Shown in pieces: positions 13,234 through 27,339 of a stretch of 64,000 nucleotides of DNA; position 1 is the first letter of the stretch; each line of letters opens with the position of its first letter. The translations under genes and the position numbers were made by a program. Under the pieces are notes generated by a model. The model did not search any database. It was given only the letters and a program-made list of their open reading frames with translations, and was not told the DNA's origin. The stretch is from NCBI GenBank assembly GCA_951406725.2, contig OX597838.1, forward strand, positions 6,262,001 to 6,326,000, in the 5' to 3' direction. Source of the DNA: Octopus vulgaris (taxonomy: Eukaryota).

Positions 13234-13448
13234 GGAGTAAACACATAAATGTGAAACAAGGTGGAAAAAAGAGTACTCAAATACCAGTGGTAGAGTAATA
13301 TGCTTTATGCGCAGAAATTCAACAAAATCTTTTCGAGTTTCTCGTTGCCGTTCATCAGACAGTTTTTGCTAGCAAAACTGTCTGATGAACGGCAACGAGA
13401 AACTCAGAGTAACAGATTTTGTTGAATTTTCTGCTGCTTAAAATAAAG
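13233..13448. mobile_element. Fold-back remnant of a probable Penelope-like element
   Basis: Imperfect palindrome 13311-13434 centred on GCTAGC (13368-13373); contains a hammerhead motif; flanked by (TA)n on both sides. Confidence 0.7.
13378..13415 (+). ncRNA. Minimal type I hammerhead ribozyme motif
   Basis: CTGT-CTGATGA-A CG GCAA CG A-GAAA-CTCAGAG-TA-ACAG: stem I CTGT/ACAG, very short stem II with a GNRA loop, near-palindromic stem III. The minus-strand copy in the left arm lacks the cleavage segment. Confidence 0.65.
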
Positions 13449-13482
<34 letters not shown>

Positions 13483-14516
13483 GACCTGTGTGTTTGAAAG
13501 TGTGTATGGGTGAGAGAGAAGGTCTGAAATGCAAGGATGAGGTGGGGACGAAATGAGACATGCATACCTACATCAAATATAAAAATATTGATCAATGAAA
13601 GACTCAACGCGATTGCGGTGATAAGGTATTGATGACGTGTTCAAATATGCTGTAGATATTTATTTCTATGGGCCTAATTACACACAGTTCATAGTTACTT
13701 TTGATATTAGTTTTAAGCATATTCATTCTATATCGTTTCTGATCGATTCGCGCATTCTATAAGCACCAAAAGGTCTTTATGTTATCAAATATTGATTGTT
13801 TTAATGAGGTCTATACAATTCCCATTTCCTTATATATTTGTGTCAATACATAGAGATAAGCGCGTTGCCTACGTTCTATTTGATTCCCATATAAACTAGT
13901 TACGTACGACCTACACGGCAGTTCTTCGAATTTAGATAGAACCAGCCTGGGAAAATTATTACATGCAGCACAAGCAGAACGGTTAATGGTCTTCACTGGA
14001 TTGGAATCGTCATTTAGTTATTCAACCATATCTGAAAATCATTGGACAAGGACGTATCATATTGACGAAGATACGCAAGGCTCAGCCACTTAAAAACGTG
14101 TGAATGCGAAGCGACAACGCTGCTGTAATTTACAAATGTTATACATTTCGTTTTCTTTCCCACTTTGCACAAATTGACACAGAACAGAAAAATCGCCAAA
14201 ACGAAATCACGATGCAATTGCCAGTTTGGAATAATACAGACTGTGTAGGCGTAAGTGAATGTAGGCGTGTTTGTGTGAACCCTTTGTATGCAGGTGTGTT
14301 ACTCTATCTGGCAGTGGATGAAATATTTAAAGAATGTGAAAATATCCTATTTTGTTACCTACAAAAGCCTCAATAATACAATCTACTTATATCATGTAGG
14401 AGCCATGTCACGAACGTGCTGCAGATGGATGCCCAGTTCGTTGATATAAGCTACAACTTATGGATTTAAAATATATGTTGAGTACGCAACTGTATGCATA
14501 CGCGTGAAGATGTATA

Positions 14517-14554
<38 letters not shown>

Positions 14555-14556
<2 letters not shown>

Positions 14557-14945
14557 CGTGTGTGTATGCGAGTGTTTGTATGCGTGTGCATGTATGCGAG
14601 CGGTATGTAAGCGAGTGCTATGTAAGCGAGTGGTATCTATGCGAGTGGTATGTATGCGAGTGGTATGTAAGCGAGTGGTATGTAAGCGAGTGGTATGTAA
14701 GCGAGTGGTATGTAAGCGAGTGGTATGCATGCGATTGGTATGCATGCGATTGGTATGTATGCCTGTGTACGTATGCCTGTGTACGCATGCGTGTGTGAGT
14801 ATGCGTGTGTGAGTATGCGAGTGTCTGTATGCGAGTGTGTGTATGCGAGTGTACGTATGCGTATTCGAATGTGCGTATGCGTGTGTATTTATGCGAGTGT
14901 ATATATGCGCGTGCATGTATGCGAGTGTATGTATGCACGTGCATG
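14555..14945. repeat. 15-bp minisatellite (GCGAGTGGTATGTAA) grading into degenerate GT/GC/AT repeats
   Basis: Visible units around 14596-14730; produces the HTTRL/KRVVC repeat ORFs. Confidence 0.88.
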
Positions 14946-15611
14946 TATCTATGTATTTCGGTTACAGCATAAGCGTCATACATTTATATCACAGAATATC
15001 ATTAAATATCATTAATATTCACATACTCTTCCGTTTTGTTGGTGCTCATTGCATCATATGTAATTAGTCAACGTGACTGGATAAGACAAGAAAATGAGAC
15101 ACCAAATGCTGCAACACGAAAATAGTAACATTGAAAAAAAAAAAATTAACAGCAAAACACAAAACTGATTTAAAAAGAGAAATGAACACAGAATACAGAG
15201 GAAGGGAACAAAATGGCGGATTTAAGCGCCATAAATTTATCAGTACAAAATTCGATGCTTTACGCCGCGCTCAAGAGGTGGTTGCTAAACATATTTATCA
15301 CCTTGAGCACATCCAGTGGATTATCCACAATTACATGATGTAATTAGAGAAAAGAGGCGAGCAGAAACATTATAGAATTTAAGATTTAAGTATTTAATTA
15401 TTATGCCAATTAGTCCTTGGAAGTTTAATTTGTATGGACGATTTCAGTAATTTTGGAAGAATTGCCTCATAAAACATCGGTTAAAACCACTGAAGTCGTG
15501 TTTAATTAACCCTGATTGCTTAAGCAAGAGCCCCGATTCTAATGAGTTTCGTGTACATAGGTTATATATATACATGCATCCATACATGTACATTATACAT
15601 TATATATTTGC

Positions 15612-15651
<40 letters not shown>

Positions 15652-15714
15652 TCATATATGTATATTCGTATATATACGTGTGAATAAATATATATATATA
15701 TATATATTTGTATT

Positions 15715-15756
<42 letters not shown>

Positions 15757-15760
15757 TATT

Positions 15761-15796
<36 letters not shown>

Positions 15797-15813
15797 TATT
15801 TGTGTATATACAT

Positions 15814-15875
<62 letters not shown>

Positions 15876-16739
15876 ATATATATATCTTGATAATGTCTAT
15901 ATGCATGGTTGCATACCTCTCTGAGTGTGTAGTATCCAATTAAGCTGCTTTTATCTCTGTAGATAGTCAATACATATAATTAACTTAATAAACATTATTT
16001 CTTGACTTAAGGCAGGAATTTGAGAGAAGCCACTACATTATACACTCTACACATTTCAGCGAATTTACTTGACGTACGAAGTTTTGTGTTCTAATTGAAC
16101 TGAAATATAATTTGCCACCTGCGTAGTGAAAACCTGTTTAAAATTTGAATTTAGTAATGCTAGCGATTAACTTACTTTTATTAAATGAACTCCGTATGTG
16201 ATTTATTGAATAATTCTATCAGTTTATCTCTGTGTAGAACGAATTTAACGATATATCATTCGGTTTCGTAAATGTAAATCAAGACTTAACATGTCCGCTG
16301 CGTAAATTCATTTCTTGGTCATTCCCGAAATGATGCCAATCATTAATCAATAATTAGAATTGATATTTTTTAGTCTGAATTAACGTTTTTTTGTTTTTTT
16401 TGCGGTATCCCTTGTTACGTAAGTTTTTCTTTTCAATCACCAAAGCTATGTAATTCTTGCTCCTTAAAGAGATATTTAAGGAAAAGTTGTCTTATGCAGA
16501 AATTGACACTTTGCAGGCTTCTGTTTCTCGAAGCCTAAAGCGATATTTCCCGATACTGGCGTAAAACGGCTTTCCGAAGAAAATGTAAGAACATTCTGAC
16601 CAAAAGCGTGGCTTTTTCTATTTTTTGCTTTTTTATATTTTGAATTTTTAAGCCCGATTTAGATTGCAACAATCAATATGTTGTAGTGTCCATGCTCGCA
16701 ACCCCCTCTATATATGTCTTCTATAGACAATAACAGAAC

Positions 16740-17020
16740 ATGTATAAGAAACTTGCTTCCCAACCACATGGTTGCTGGTTCAGCCCCATTGCGGGAGACC
16801 TTTGCCGAGTATATTCCGAGTGAATTTGGTAGACACGAACTAAAAGAAACAGTCGCATATGAGTGTGTGTGCGTGTGTGTTGTTACCCCTTCATCGTGAC
16901 CGCTTGACAATCGGAGATAATGTCGGGGTCGATTTTTCGACGACAACACTTCAAAGACGTGCTCCAGCATGGCCGCAGTCAAATGAGTGAGTCAAGTTAA
17001 AAAATAGAATAAAAGATAAA
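16740..17020 (+). mobile_element. SINE family B (CTTCCCAACCACATGGTT head), degenerate
   Basis: Shares its head and the GTGCTCCAGCATGGCCGCAGTCAAATGA tail with 18288-18740. Confidence 0.7.
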
Positions 17021-18119
17021 ATATTTGAATAAGGGGTTAGGTTGAAATGAATTCCGTGGGATCACGATGGTTGCATGTATATCATTTACATATGCCGCTA
17101 GTATCATTCGAAACACCATAAACTTTACATCGTTTTCTCTAGGATTTCTCTTCAGCACCATTACCTAACACCTGGCAATCATTAAACGCTTTCGGAGCAT
17201 GACTCAGGTTCGATGTTAAAAGCATTGACTAGCTCCCTATTTAAAAAAAAAACAACAAAAAAATACGAGTTACGATGTCGACATAAGACCTGTCATAGTG
17301 GCTTCGAGATCAGTTGGAAATAGCTTTCGAATGTTCCTCAAAATATACTCGATCTTGTTTCATAAAGATGCAGAGAGTAACGTAATCCTTCGAGCTTAAC
17401 TCCTGCAAATCACAAAGTGGTCCAGGCTGGAACGCTCATTCTGCAGCTTTAGCACAACTAATATGAATGTTAAACTAAATCAACAACGAAACTATCACGA
17501 CAAAATCTATAATCAAGGCGGTAAATTGTCAGGTGCGTTAAAGATTTACAAGGAAAACCATTTTTAGGATTTAGGTCTGGAATCCAATCCCTACTGAGGT
17601 AAGCTTTGCAGTTCATTCTTTCTGGGTAGATGAAAAGAAACTCTTACTCTGGTGTAATGGAGCGATGGAAATGTAACCATCTCAGAATGGAAAATTAAAT
17701 ATTTATTCCGTCTCTTTGCGTTCTGAGTCCAAACCCTACCCCAACTACAGAGAACAGGCTTAGTTCACCGCTCTGTCAAGAACCCCTAAATGTTTGTTGC
17801 GTTGTGCGCGTTTTGTAGAATATCGCTATGTTGCAAGTATTCGGGCCGCATCTGTGATTAAGTCTAATTTACACTCAACGATGTAAGAAGCTTTGTAAAA
17901 TGTCAGATATTCAATTGCACCAAATATATGTATGTAGCAAAAGAAAAAAAATTCAGTTTCGGCAAAGTGAGAAACTCTAAGACAATATTAGTCGAGTTCG
18001 AACTCAGGACATAATGAACAGGAAGAAATATGCCGAAGTAATGTTTCGACGCTCAACAATTTCTGGCGTCGCGCTTCATTTGCTATAACCATCATGCTTT
18101 CAACTATAAGGAAAAGAAC

Positions 18120-18270
18120 TCAGGGGAAGTTTTAAATTGATTATATCGAGCTGAGGGCAAAAATGGTGCTTTATTATATTGACATAAGAGGGTGTTATGC
18201 TATAAGTCAACCTCGGCGGAATTTGAACTCAGAAATTAGTGACTCAGAAGAAATACCACGAAACATTTTT
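18120..18270 (-). mobile_element. Degenerate SINE fragment of the 31447-31861 family
   Basis: AAGTCAACCTCGGCGGAATTTGAACTCAGAA at 18204-18234. Confidence 0.7.
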
Positions 18271-18287
18271 ATCAACCCTCTATACCA

Positions 18288-18448
18288 GGCGCAAACTGAC
18301 TTTGTGGTAAAAAAGTAACTTCCCAACCACATGGTTCCGGGTTCGATCTCACTGTGTGATGCCTTGGGCAAGTGGCTTCTACTGTGCATTCGGGACAACG
18401 AAATCCTTGTAACTGGATTTGTTAGACTAATACTGAAAGTATCCCGTC

Positions 18449-18512
<64 letters not shown>

Positions 18513-18740
18513 CACACACACACACACACACATGTGTGTGTTTCTCTGCAACCATTGCTTCACAACCAGTATTGTGTTGTTTACGTCACCGTAACTTAGC
18601 TGCACGTCAAAAGCGACGGATAGAATAAATATTGTTCTTTATAAAATTACTAGGCGGGTTTCGACTAAACACTAAAGGCAGTGCTAAGAGTGGCCGCCGT
18701 CTAATGATTGAAACCAGCATAAGATAAAAAAGATAAAAGA
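18288..18740 (+). mobile_element. SINE family B with an internal microsatellite
   Basis: tRNA-like head with B-box GGTTCGATCTC, then CCTTGGGCAAGT (CORE-like), central (GT)/(TA)/(CA)n, conserved 3' half and A-rich tail. Confidence 0.78.
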
Positions 18741-19611
18741 ACTACCATTCCACCGCATTGGCAACAACAATATAACGGCAATACCGCAAGAACTGTAGAG
18801 AAGAGTTTCCCCAATGGAAATGTTAAGCTCCGTAATGATGCATGGGAGCTGTCCTACTTTATCTGAATACAATTCAAAACTAACAAAATGGCACGTAAGG
18901 AGATCTATCTCATGATACGTTGCACTGCATGACCTTCATTTTGGTACATATACACAAATCCATTGAATTAATGTGATCTGCTTTGTCGGAAGCCGACTAT
19001 GTCAATAGATAAGCTCCTGGCTTATTTAATATCTATAACTGATTTTGTTTCTAACAAATGTATTATTGTGCCGTTTGATAATGCAGAGAACTTCAGCAAA
19101 TAGATGCGGATTCTGTAGCGCTTTATTTTCATTTTTATTCAACATGTTTGCTAAGTAAATAATGGAGTTAGATAACCAAATATGGAAACAGAGCCAGTTA
19201 AACTTAATCGGTAACGGTAATTGTAAAGTGTCATAAAGCTATCATATCCGTCACTTTGTTAGTCCGTTTTCCCTTTCAGCAACAACAATCGCCCAGAGAA
19301 GGCAATTGTTGTCACTGGAGGCAAACTTTAATTATACGCTGGCAATGTTTGCTCTTCAACATAAAGATATGCCCGCCCACACGTGTGCACATATAATGAA
19401 CAGAGAAAAATACGTACACACTCATCTGTCTGTGAGTCACTCTACGCATGGTTGGAATTTTTATGAAATCGAGAGTAATTTTATGCTTATATACAAAGAC
19501 ATAGATATTCATACTTAGTGTATGTATACGTATATACATCATATATACGTTTTATATAATATCACTCGCGCACATACATGCATACACTTGTCTCTCTGTA
19601 TGTATATCTAC

Positions 19612-19657
<46 letters not shown>

Positions 19658-19844
19658 GCATACATAAATATATGCATACATATATATATATATGCATACA
19701 TAAATACACACATGTATATAAACACATATATGTACATATTCGTGTGTATAAATATACGTAAATATATGTATATATTTATGCGTTCATATATATACATTTT
19801 TATATGTGTATGTGTTTATATATAAACAAATAAACATAAATATG

Positions 19845-19883
<39 letters not shown>

Positions 19884-20092
19884 TACATATACACACACAT
19901 TCGTCCGTGTGTTTGTGTACCTATCTCTCGCAGCGTTTACGATACTGCTTTTTGGCAAGTTGTTTCACACAAAACAAATCAGTAACGCACAGCACAGAAC
20001 AAACAATGTTGGAAGATTTGTTATATTTATTTTGTTTCGAGGTTATTTCTACATTCTCTGTTGATTACTTTCGATTATATTGTCATACAGTA

Positions 20093-20447
20093 GAGGAGCA
20101 ATGGTTAAGGCTGGGGACTCGCTGTTTCGATTCCTAGACCGGGCGTTGTGACTATTTATTTAGCGGCAACACCTAAAGTTCCACGTGGCTTCGGCAGGGT
20201 GTGGTGGCGTACACTGCTGTATTCTTACATCAAATTTTTTTTTCACTCTTTGGTCCTCTTTCTGCTGTACCTGTATTTCAAAGGGCCCGCCTTGTCACAC
20301 TGTATCCCGCCGAATCTCCCCGAGAACTACGTTAAGGCTACACGTGTCGGTGGAGTGCTCAGTCACTTGCACATTAATTTCACAAAATACATTGTTCCGT
20401 TTATCGGATCAACTGGAACCGACGTTGTCGTAACCGACGGAATGCCA
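20093..20447 (+). mobile_element. tRNA-derived SINE, diverged copy of 58693-59084
   Basis: Colinear blocks TTTCGATTCC.AGACCGGGCGTT, CTGTACCTGTATTTCAAAGGGCC and TCGTAACCGACGG. Confidence 0.85.
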
Positions 20448-20897
20448 CGATCGCTATACATACCGAAGCCCATGTATGTATATCTTGTTATCTACTTATT
20501 TTATTCTCTCCATGTCTCATTCAACATGTATCTTTCTGCAAATGCATGCATGTACATGCATTTGACTATATGCATGTGTATATTTTGGTATTCTCTTTTC
20601 TATGTAAGATGAGTGCAGCCGTGACTACGTGCTTAGCAAACTTCATTTTCAGCCACACGGTTCCAGGTTCAGTACAACGGTGTGGGATCTTGGGCAAGAA
20701 GTCAGTCTAAGATATTGTCATATATATTTTACAGATTCTTACCATTCCAGTAATCAATTGGATATCTCGTCTTCGAATGAGGTTCCTCCTTTCTACATAT
20801 GCATGGGCACATACGTATATATGCATTTATGCATGTATGTATTATATCTATATACATGATTGCATGCATGTATCTATGTATTACGTATTTAAGTATA

Positions 20898-21108
20898 GGA
20901 GGGGTTGCTTAAAATGTCCTGGCCTTAACTGTGTTGCGAATGGCCTGGTTGCAGGCTCAAATTTACAATTTTTATTTTTTTTATTATTTACTAGGTTTAG
21001 AAAAACGGAAGAGCTGTTGCAATAAGTCTGTGAATCTTAGACGGGAATGTGTTGAAGAAAATCGTCCTGTACTTTCTTTTACCCAAAGCCAGGGACATTT
21101 CAGCACCG
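20898..21108 (+). mobile_element. Mariner-derived MITE
   Basis: Imperfect TIRs GGGTTGCTTAAAATGTCCTGGC / GCCAGGGACATTTCAGCACC; the interior retains a transposase C-terminus-like string (NKSVNLRRECVEE). Confidence 0.6.
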
Positions 21109-22073
21109 TTTGTGTGTGTATGTGTGTGAGTTTATTTGCAACATTACAATTATGCACGTAATATATCTCTTAATTACCATATTTTCTCTACACTCATTTA
21201 GAATTTAATTAGTTGTTATTTATACATAAAGAGATCCATTATAGAAATTCCGTTATGAGTTTGAAATTGAAAAATTAATTATAGAAGGAGGAAGAGGGTG
21301 AGAACTTTTGTATTGTCTATTTGAAGAATGTCATAATCGAAAGGTTTCTGAGAGAAAAGATGTTCTACTTAATCTTGTAGTGAGTTCTTTTAACTCGATT
21401 GGGGGTTTTGTTCTAATAAACTCTCATATCTTCATCTCTGCGTATATATATATATATATATATATATATACGTGTGTGTGTGCGGATTCCTGGCATGTAT
21501 GTGTGTGCCAGTGTGTATATGGTAATGTATGTGTGTACATATGTATTTGTGCGTTTATGCCTGCGCACGTATCGGTATGATATCTTTGCCTAACACCCTC
21601 CATGTACGTGTAGCTATGTATATGTCCGAGGAATACAATACCAGACTATTTTCTGTAATGTCAGATCTTTAAATGTAACAAGATAACGCCAACTATACTT
21701 CCGAGTCTTTCGAATCATTGATTAATCTAGAATGCAGATTAATATTTAACGAACACATAGAATGTTTAACAAAGGATACGACGATGTCAGAAATCGTTGA
21801 GGGAGTTATTGTTCTCTGTACAGAAAAATCTTAAAACTATTTTGTTCTCATGACCTGTCTGGTGTATTCAATTTTTCAGAAGTGCGTTTCTTGTTTCTAC
21901 GTAGATCTATTAGTGAGTGTTAGGCTGTGGGTTTCAAACAGTATGTACTATTGCTGTATCTTGCTGTATATAAGGGTGATGCTTCTGTGCACATTAAATA
22001 TTGATATGTGGATGTGAAATCAGGGATGTTGCCATTGTTTTATGTTATTCCCCCGTCTGTGATAGTGTATATA

Positions 22074-22886
22074 CGAGGGGTTGCCCAAGATTAAACGGGA
22101 ACCTTGGTCCAGGCTTGACGTGACCCTTAGGCATCAATGTGCTGGCCGGCATCGTCAAGTGAGGTCATACTGCCACGTAATGAGTCTGCTTTTCGGCGCT
22201 TCGACCCAGTTCGTCAATTCTTGCGTTAGCTGAAGCGAATGAAGGGCGTACTTAAGTGAAATTTTGTTTTCAGCTAGTGAAAGCGGCAGCCGAAACAGTT
22301 ATACTTCAAACAGCTTACAAAGACGCTGACATGAGCAAAACACAAGTTTACGAGTGTTTCGCAAGCTTTAGGAATGGACACTTGTCACATGAAGACAAAC
22401 TACGTCCAGGAAAACCTTCGACTTCCCGAATGAATGAAAATATCGTGGAAATTCATTAACTGCTCACCAAACAATTTACAAAATCGTTGATATGACTGGT
22501 GCATCTTAGAACTCTTGCCAATGAATTTTGAGCGAGGAACTGCGAATGTAATGAATTGCAAATGTTGTGCCCCGCTTACTCACGGAAGATAAAAAAGCAG
22601 TCATGACTGAATGCGTGTCGTGAACTGAAAGAAACTGTCGGAGGCTAATCTGGGCCCCTTTCGGAAGGTCGTCACTTGTGACGAAATGTGAAGAAAAAAG
22701 AACAGAAGTATTACTATGCTTCACTTCGAAAGAGGTCCAGCACTACTTCGATTAGTGGAAAACACGTCTGGACCTATACAGTGCTTCTAATGGAGAATAT
22801 TTTGAAGGCGATAACAGTTTAAACATATATAGCTAAGTGAATAAACTAATATTGCAAAAGTCCGGGTTCTTTTTGGTGACCCCCCC
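22074..22886 (+). mobile_element. Internally deleted mariner element
   Basis: TA-CGAGGGGTTGCCC.. and ..GGTGACCCCCCC-TA termini; HTH region KFCFQL..AAET..LQTAY..MSKTQVYE..FRNG..ED..RPGKPSTS; VPRLLT linker; C-terminal GEYFEGD; most of the catalytic core is missing. Confidence 0.88.
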
Positions 22887-25800
22887 TATTACCTGTTGTC
22901 GGGTTATATATATATATATATATATATGTGTAACTGTCACGTCATAGACTCAGCAGGGCAAATCAATCTGTCCGGTAGTAACGGGTCTAAAAGCTTTGTC
23001 TACATCACCGATATGTAAACGTGATAGACGCAGACATCCGTTCCGCTTTGATTCACAGCTGGGAATTGCATATACCAGCCACAGTATTTTTAATTACTTC
23101 GTACAATCTTACAAAACGTAAATTAAGTTAATCACATTTGACTCCCCTTCCATCTCTCTCTCTCTCTCATTCATTCAGATATTTAAATTGAGGCACATTG
23201 TTAAGACGAACGTATTTGCACACTCAGACAATATTAGGTGAGTATCAAACTCTACATTTACCCCCAATATTCATACAGTGTATGCAGATGGCACGGCCTA
23301 ACTTAATGAATAAAACTGTTCTTGTTTGTTCAGACATGTTCTTTTTATAAATAATTTCCAAATACTTCCGAAATGCAGATTTCAGGGTAGGTGATTGAAA
23401 TATAAATGAATAACAAAGATGTATAAGTGTCAATTCATTACCATCGTTTCCAGCGACCTCTTTAATTGATCAATGAAAGCATCACATCATTACAAAGAAA
23501 ACCGTTCTCATCCGATGATCGCATAGGCCTCAAACATACAGAACAAGTTAGATATCTAAACATATTCATATCATCAATAGAGAGCAAAAGTGTACAATGA
23601 TTCCGCTGCTAAATGTTTTGGCAGAATGAAAACGGCAGAACAGAGAGTGACAACCCAGAAATTAGCGCAGGCTAGAGAGTGGTTGTAGGGATGAATGAGA
23701 ATAGTGACCCCGTTATCTATACATCGAAGATAAAAGGGAGGATGTAGTTTTCAAAACATCTAAAATTAGATCTTTAGGGAGTTATAAATTAATATGATGA
23801 CAGACCGTTCTACTATCTATGAAAATGAAACTTTACATCCGGCTCTATCAAGGCCATAGGACATGGCGTGGTAAAATGATATGTCTAATGGACTAGTGGT
23901 GATCATAGAAAGAAACGTGGCTATAGGGACGGCTAATAAAGCTTATATTAACTGTCATTTGAAAGGGGATGGAAAGTGAATTGTTAAAAGGCATACCACT
24001 TAAATGCTTATGGGTGGAATATGAATTGAAGGATTAAGTTTCATCCTAGGTTTACTTGTAGCATGAAAGCAAAATGTAAATATATAGATATATACAGGCT
24101 AGAAAGATATTTGATATATGACTAAATAAGAGGATATTGTATACTTTAATATACGAAAATTATGAAAAAAAATTAAAACATATAAATTACCACCAAATTA
24201 TTGTGCTATAAAATCTTTTAAAATACAAGGAAATAAAAATATAAGCAAATATAAATATGAAATATAAGAACATATTAAAAAATGATGGATATATATATAT
24301 ATATATATATACATACAAAGGCATTAAAATATGAAACATAAAAACATATATATAATATATATATAAGGGAGGAAATATAATTTTATATTCACAGTACACA
24401 GTGGGATATATGAAACAAATTTTAAAACTGACAAAAGTATTAATAAAAGATACAAAATTGTGAAAAATATATGAAGAGTATATAAAATCTTAAGATATAA
24501 GGATATAAGATTTATATAATATATGAGGAAATATAAGAAAATGTCTGAAAGAATTATAAAAGTTATAAAAAACTATAAGCAAGTTCTTTTATTAAAATAT
24601 TTTATAAATGTACACCAATAAAAGATTTTTTACTAAGATATATAGAAAAAATAAGATACGATAAAATGAAAATATTATAATGGAATTTTTATATAATCGG
24701 AATATTAATTAATTATTAATGCTATATGGAAAAGGAATAAGTATGCCGGGTTATAATAGAGATGAAATAGAATTAAGATTATCATTAGAAATAGAGTAAG
24801 AAAATAAATTTGAAATGCAACGAAGAACAAGGATCGAGGTATGATAGTCACAGACCATAGATGGTATATTTTATAATTAGACGAGTTTTTAAAAGGAAGG
24901 ACTAATTAGGAAAATATAACGCCGCACGTTCGGCCTCACGAAACCAGTGAGTGTCCGATAGCTCAGAAGACCGCGAATCTCGCCAAACCAGCTTTCTGAG
25001 AACGAAAAAATCTTTAGTCAAATAAGTCAGACGGGTTAAAAATTACGAGCAAAACACTTGAGGACAACCTAAATACGAGAACTTTCATTAAGAAACCAAT
25101 AACATTTATGGCAGAAATAATAAATTCTTTAGTGAGTTTTTAGATAGTTTTTTTTTTTTCATTTACCTTTGAAATGTAAAGACTTCGTTTGGTGAGTTCT
25201 TCTATTATTCACCAGTCTAATGATTTATTTTCGATCTCATTTTTTCTTCGACTGGTTCTTGATATTTCTGAATTCACGGTACAATTCCACCTTCTTTACG
25301 TTGCCAAGTTCACCCTATTTTAGCAGTCAGTTCAATACCATCCACGGTGCACATTAACCGCCAAAACAACTTCACACTCTACACCAAATAATGTATCAAC
25401 TGATCCATACGAAATTTCTCTCCCCCATCACACACAACAACTGCCTCGCATCGACCGCATGGCATCGACTACATCAAACTGTTCACGTCGGCTTCCAGCA
25501 TATCACCTTCTTGTCCGAAGTTCTAGCCCTCTGTCTACATTGCCTTTCGGCACGAACTAACTCGCTATGGGGGCAAATTGTCTTCGTACTTCTCCAACAC
25601 CGTAAAAGCGTAACAAAGACATACCATCTACGTTTTAAACAGTCACGTGACCACAAAGTGTTATGTTTTTCGTCTTCGCTTGCAAAACCAGAGACCAGTG
25701 CTCGAATTCGCGTCAGACAATTGAGACACTATCTGAATATAATTCTTTTCGTTCGTAACAGTATATTTATATTAACCATGATTGAATTGATTCACCATTG

Positions 25801-25927
25801 GGATTAGATAGGGATACATTGTGATTACGAAGATCACAGGGGTTAAAGAGAATAAAAAATCTACAAAAGCTGCTGTGTATCTACGTAATGATACTGCCTA
25901 AGTATTTACAACCTTCACTTGAGTCGG

Positions 25928-26000
25928 ACCATTTAGCTTTGAGTTCATTAGCTTCCTCACCCTTCTGATGTACTCCTTCTCAATTTTCGTTTCCATTTCT
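25928..26000 (-). mobile_element. Short R4/Dong-like non-LTR fragment
   Basis: Minus strand reads KIEKEYIRRVRKLMNSKLNG, resembling the segment just after the RT domain in this clade. Confidence 0.5.
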
Positions 26001-27339
26001 GTTGTTTGTGCCCCGTCACAATGGAGGGCGCCGTTCACTGGACGTAATACGCACAGCCATATTTATAAAAGAAAAAGAAATCCGTGTCCATAGACAACTG
26101 CTTTTTTTCGGACAATATGACTGCATTTTACTTAGTAGGATGCCAATATTGGAAAAATTATGATCTTCTAAATTTCCTGCTCTTTTCTTTTGGAGTTGGC
26201 ACCATTTTCCGGGCAAACGTTACTCTACAATCCTTGGAAGCGAAGATTATTTCAATAAAACAAGAATCTACTCTTTATGGTATTTGATTTAACCTCATTC
26301 GTCCTTTCTCTTCGAAAACATACTTCTAGAATTCAGGAATTATACCTCCTAGGACCTCTTATTTGATTTTACGCAAAATACCAAACCAAGAATAGCGTTG
26401 AATATTTTCATAAATACCTAAATATGTCTGTTCATATGGATTCTATATCGTTGCGTTTGTATGAATTCTTTATCCCCCGATATGAATATTTGCATTGGCC
26501 ATATTCGTCATACAGTCATTCCTCTAATATCTGTGGAAGCTGTGAAAATTACAGGAAATTCAACATGTCTGTTGCATAGTATATCATAATGTATATCATA
26601 AACCAGCAATAAACTGTCCAGATTGCAGTTTTCTATTCGTAAATACGAGACGAAAATAAGACAAAACAACAACAAAAACTCATCACTCTACTGCTGATAT
26701 ATTGCTACTGGTTACCGCATCTAGAGAGATGGAATCTGTGGTTGTAACTGTAAAAAGAGAAACCGATATATCAACAATAGACATAAAACTGAAAAGTCGT
26801 ATAAGCTCTTACTGAAAAAAAAACATATATTGCAATGTATGACTTGAGGTTATGGAGTACAGTCTCACATCCGACAATGCTGCTGGGTTGGACATCATTT
26901 GCTTACGTCACACATATACAGACACATGTGTGCCAGTATATTTTGCATAACATATGTGTGCGTGTGTGTTTATGTGTATGTGTGTTTGAGGGAGAGACAG
27001 AGAGAATAAGTGTGTGTGTGTGTGTGTGTGTGTGTATGAGCAAGCAAAATATTTAGTTATAAATAAAAACAATATACATTAAATTGAGTTCTGCAGCATG
27101 ATTTATCAATGTATTTGTCAGATTATTTTCTCTATTATGTTTTTTCTCTTTTTATTTTAATGTCTGTTTTCTTTTACTGGTTTCTTTCATATCATTTGAT
27201 ATCTGTTTCAGAATAAATAAAAATGATAAAAATCGTTATAAACTCATCATACATCTACCAACTTATTGTGTGCATGGGAAAAAAACCACATAGCATAGCA
27301 CTTGTAATTATTATTTCCATTTTACTTCAAAGATCTCTC

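Noticed and set aside
25391-25807. 138-aa ORF of ordinary composition
   Set aside because: No recognisable motif or splice context; compatible with chance.
25026-25845. piggyBac-like GGG-TTAA ends at about 25034 and 25839
   Set aside because: Both are in the same orientation; no matching TTAA-CCC left end or transposase was found.
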